From Octopus sinensis (taxonomy: Eukaryota), in the NCBI RefSeq assembly GCF_006345805.1, contig NC_043017.1, forward strand, positions 21,824,001 through 21,888,000: 64,000 bases of DNA. The letters run 5' to 3'. Below the pieces are notes generated by a model. That model made no database searches. It was not told the origin of the DNA and saw only the letters and a list, made by a program, of their open reading frames with translations. Below are positions 62,836 to 64,000 of this stretch, in pieces. The position numbers and the translations under genes were made by a program. How positions within the stretch are numbered: position 1 is the first letter of the stretch; each line of letters starts with the position of its first letter.

Positions 62836-63029
62836 GGAAACCAACATCCTGTATTAAATGTCAGGGGCTGACCTGAAACACACAAGAGAGGCATAAGACA
62901 GAACACCCTAAAAATATCTGAAGGTTGTATATTGTTATAACCAGAGCTGGATAAAGACCCATAGGTGCCCTATTTTTGTATTTTGTATACTTCCAATTTA
63001 TTTATCAGGTCAGATATGGGGGCATGTGC

Positions 63030-63496
63030 TGTTGCCATACATTGCTGCATCCATCATTGGTCACTATCTGACCAGGTCATCCCAGGCAACTCTCCAAGCA
63101 GTATCCCAATCAGTTCCCATCTCCACAAGATACTTACTTCCTCGTCCACCACGTCCATGAGGAATATGATAGATCAGTATGAGCTCTCACCATAGCTGGA
63201 CCTTCAGAGAAGAGAACACAGTATGCAGGGTTTAATCTGAAGAATCAAGCAATATAGCCAGACAGTCTAAGCTCATGCTTCTGAATCAGACAAATAAAGG
63301 GACACATCATTCAGTTTCTAACTATGGTCTTTGGGTGGATATAAAATTAGACTGATGGCAGTCCATAGTCTTGTGAAGTGTCCTAGTACTAAAGGAATTC
63401 AGGTGGCTACTATGGACCCTAGACAGTGTCCAAGTCTGACAACAATAGAGCAGGACAGAGTGGACCAGAGATCTGAAGACTTGAATGTTTATCTTT
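63030..63496 (-). mobile_element. Decayed RTE LINE ORF2 fragment
   Basis: Minus RKINIQVFRSLVHSVLLYCCQTWTL resembles the RTE K..V.RSLV.SVLLYG.ETWTL motif. Confidence 0.7.
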
Positions 63497-63508
63497 CTGC
63501 ACAGATAT

Positions 63509-63878
63509 ACATATCTCTCTTTTACTCTTTTACTTGTTTCAGTCATTTGACTGTGGCCATGCTGGAGCACCACTTTTAGTCGAACAAATCAATCCCAGGA
63601 CTTATTCTTTGTCCTTTGCCAAACTGCTAAGTTACAGGGACATAAACATACCAGCATCGGTTGTCAAGCGATGTTGGAGGGACAAACACACACACACATA
63701 TATATACATATACATATATACGACGGGCTTCTTTCAGTTTCCCTCTACCAAATCCACTCACAAGGCTTTGGTCGGCCCGAAGCTATAGTAGAAGACACTT
63801 GCCGAAAGTGCCACGCAGTGGGACTGAACCCGGAACCATGTGGTTGGTAAGCAAGCTACTTACCACACAGCCACTCCT
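63509..63878 (-). mobile_element. Full-length SINE family A with a 12-bp target-site duplication
   Basis: CTGCACAGATAT at 63497-63508 and 63877-63888. Confidence 0.93.
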
Positions 63879-64000
63879 GCACAGATATGTTTAGATTTTA
63901 GTAGTTTTTTTTTCATAAAAAGAAAGATTTAAATTGATTCGTCATGAGAAGAAAACTTATTAGCAGCATCAGCCATCCTTGTCCTGTGAGTGTATCTCTG

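Overview
Eukaryotic, AT-rich, microsatellite-saturated non-coding DNA. Its repeat content (tRNA-derived SINEs with microsatellite tails, RTE LINE 3' ends with (GAT)n tails, TTAA MITEs) strongly resembles an octopod cephalopod genome; this is inference from my recollection of such repeats, not a database result. Almost every ORF in the supplied track is a translated microsatellite. Recognisable coding material is limited to decayed non-LTR retrotransposon fragments: RTE (including a BovB-like piece and one with three C2H2 fingers), CR1/L2-type and RLE-type. There are also a few weak splice-bounded exon candidates with no identifiable gene. The most interesting signal is a set of short fold-back elements ending at (TA)n/(TATG)n microsatellites that carry type I hammerhead ribozyme motifs. 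Two homologous copies (53.4-53.8 kb and 59.8-60.1 kb) have a 59-nt extended stem II with several compensatory base changes, and a second family carries a minimal hammerhead with a non-canonical core. The window also holds several (TA)n-centred inverted duplications, including a 1.43-kb palindrome that may be an assembly artefact. Repeat boundaries are approximate, hand-read to within roughly 10-20 bp.
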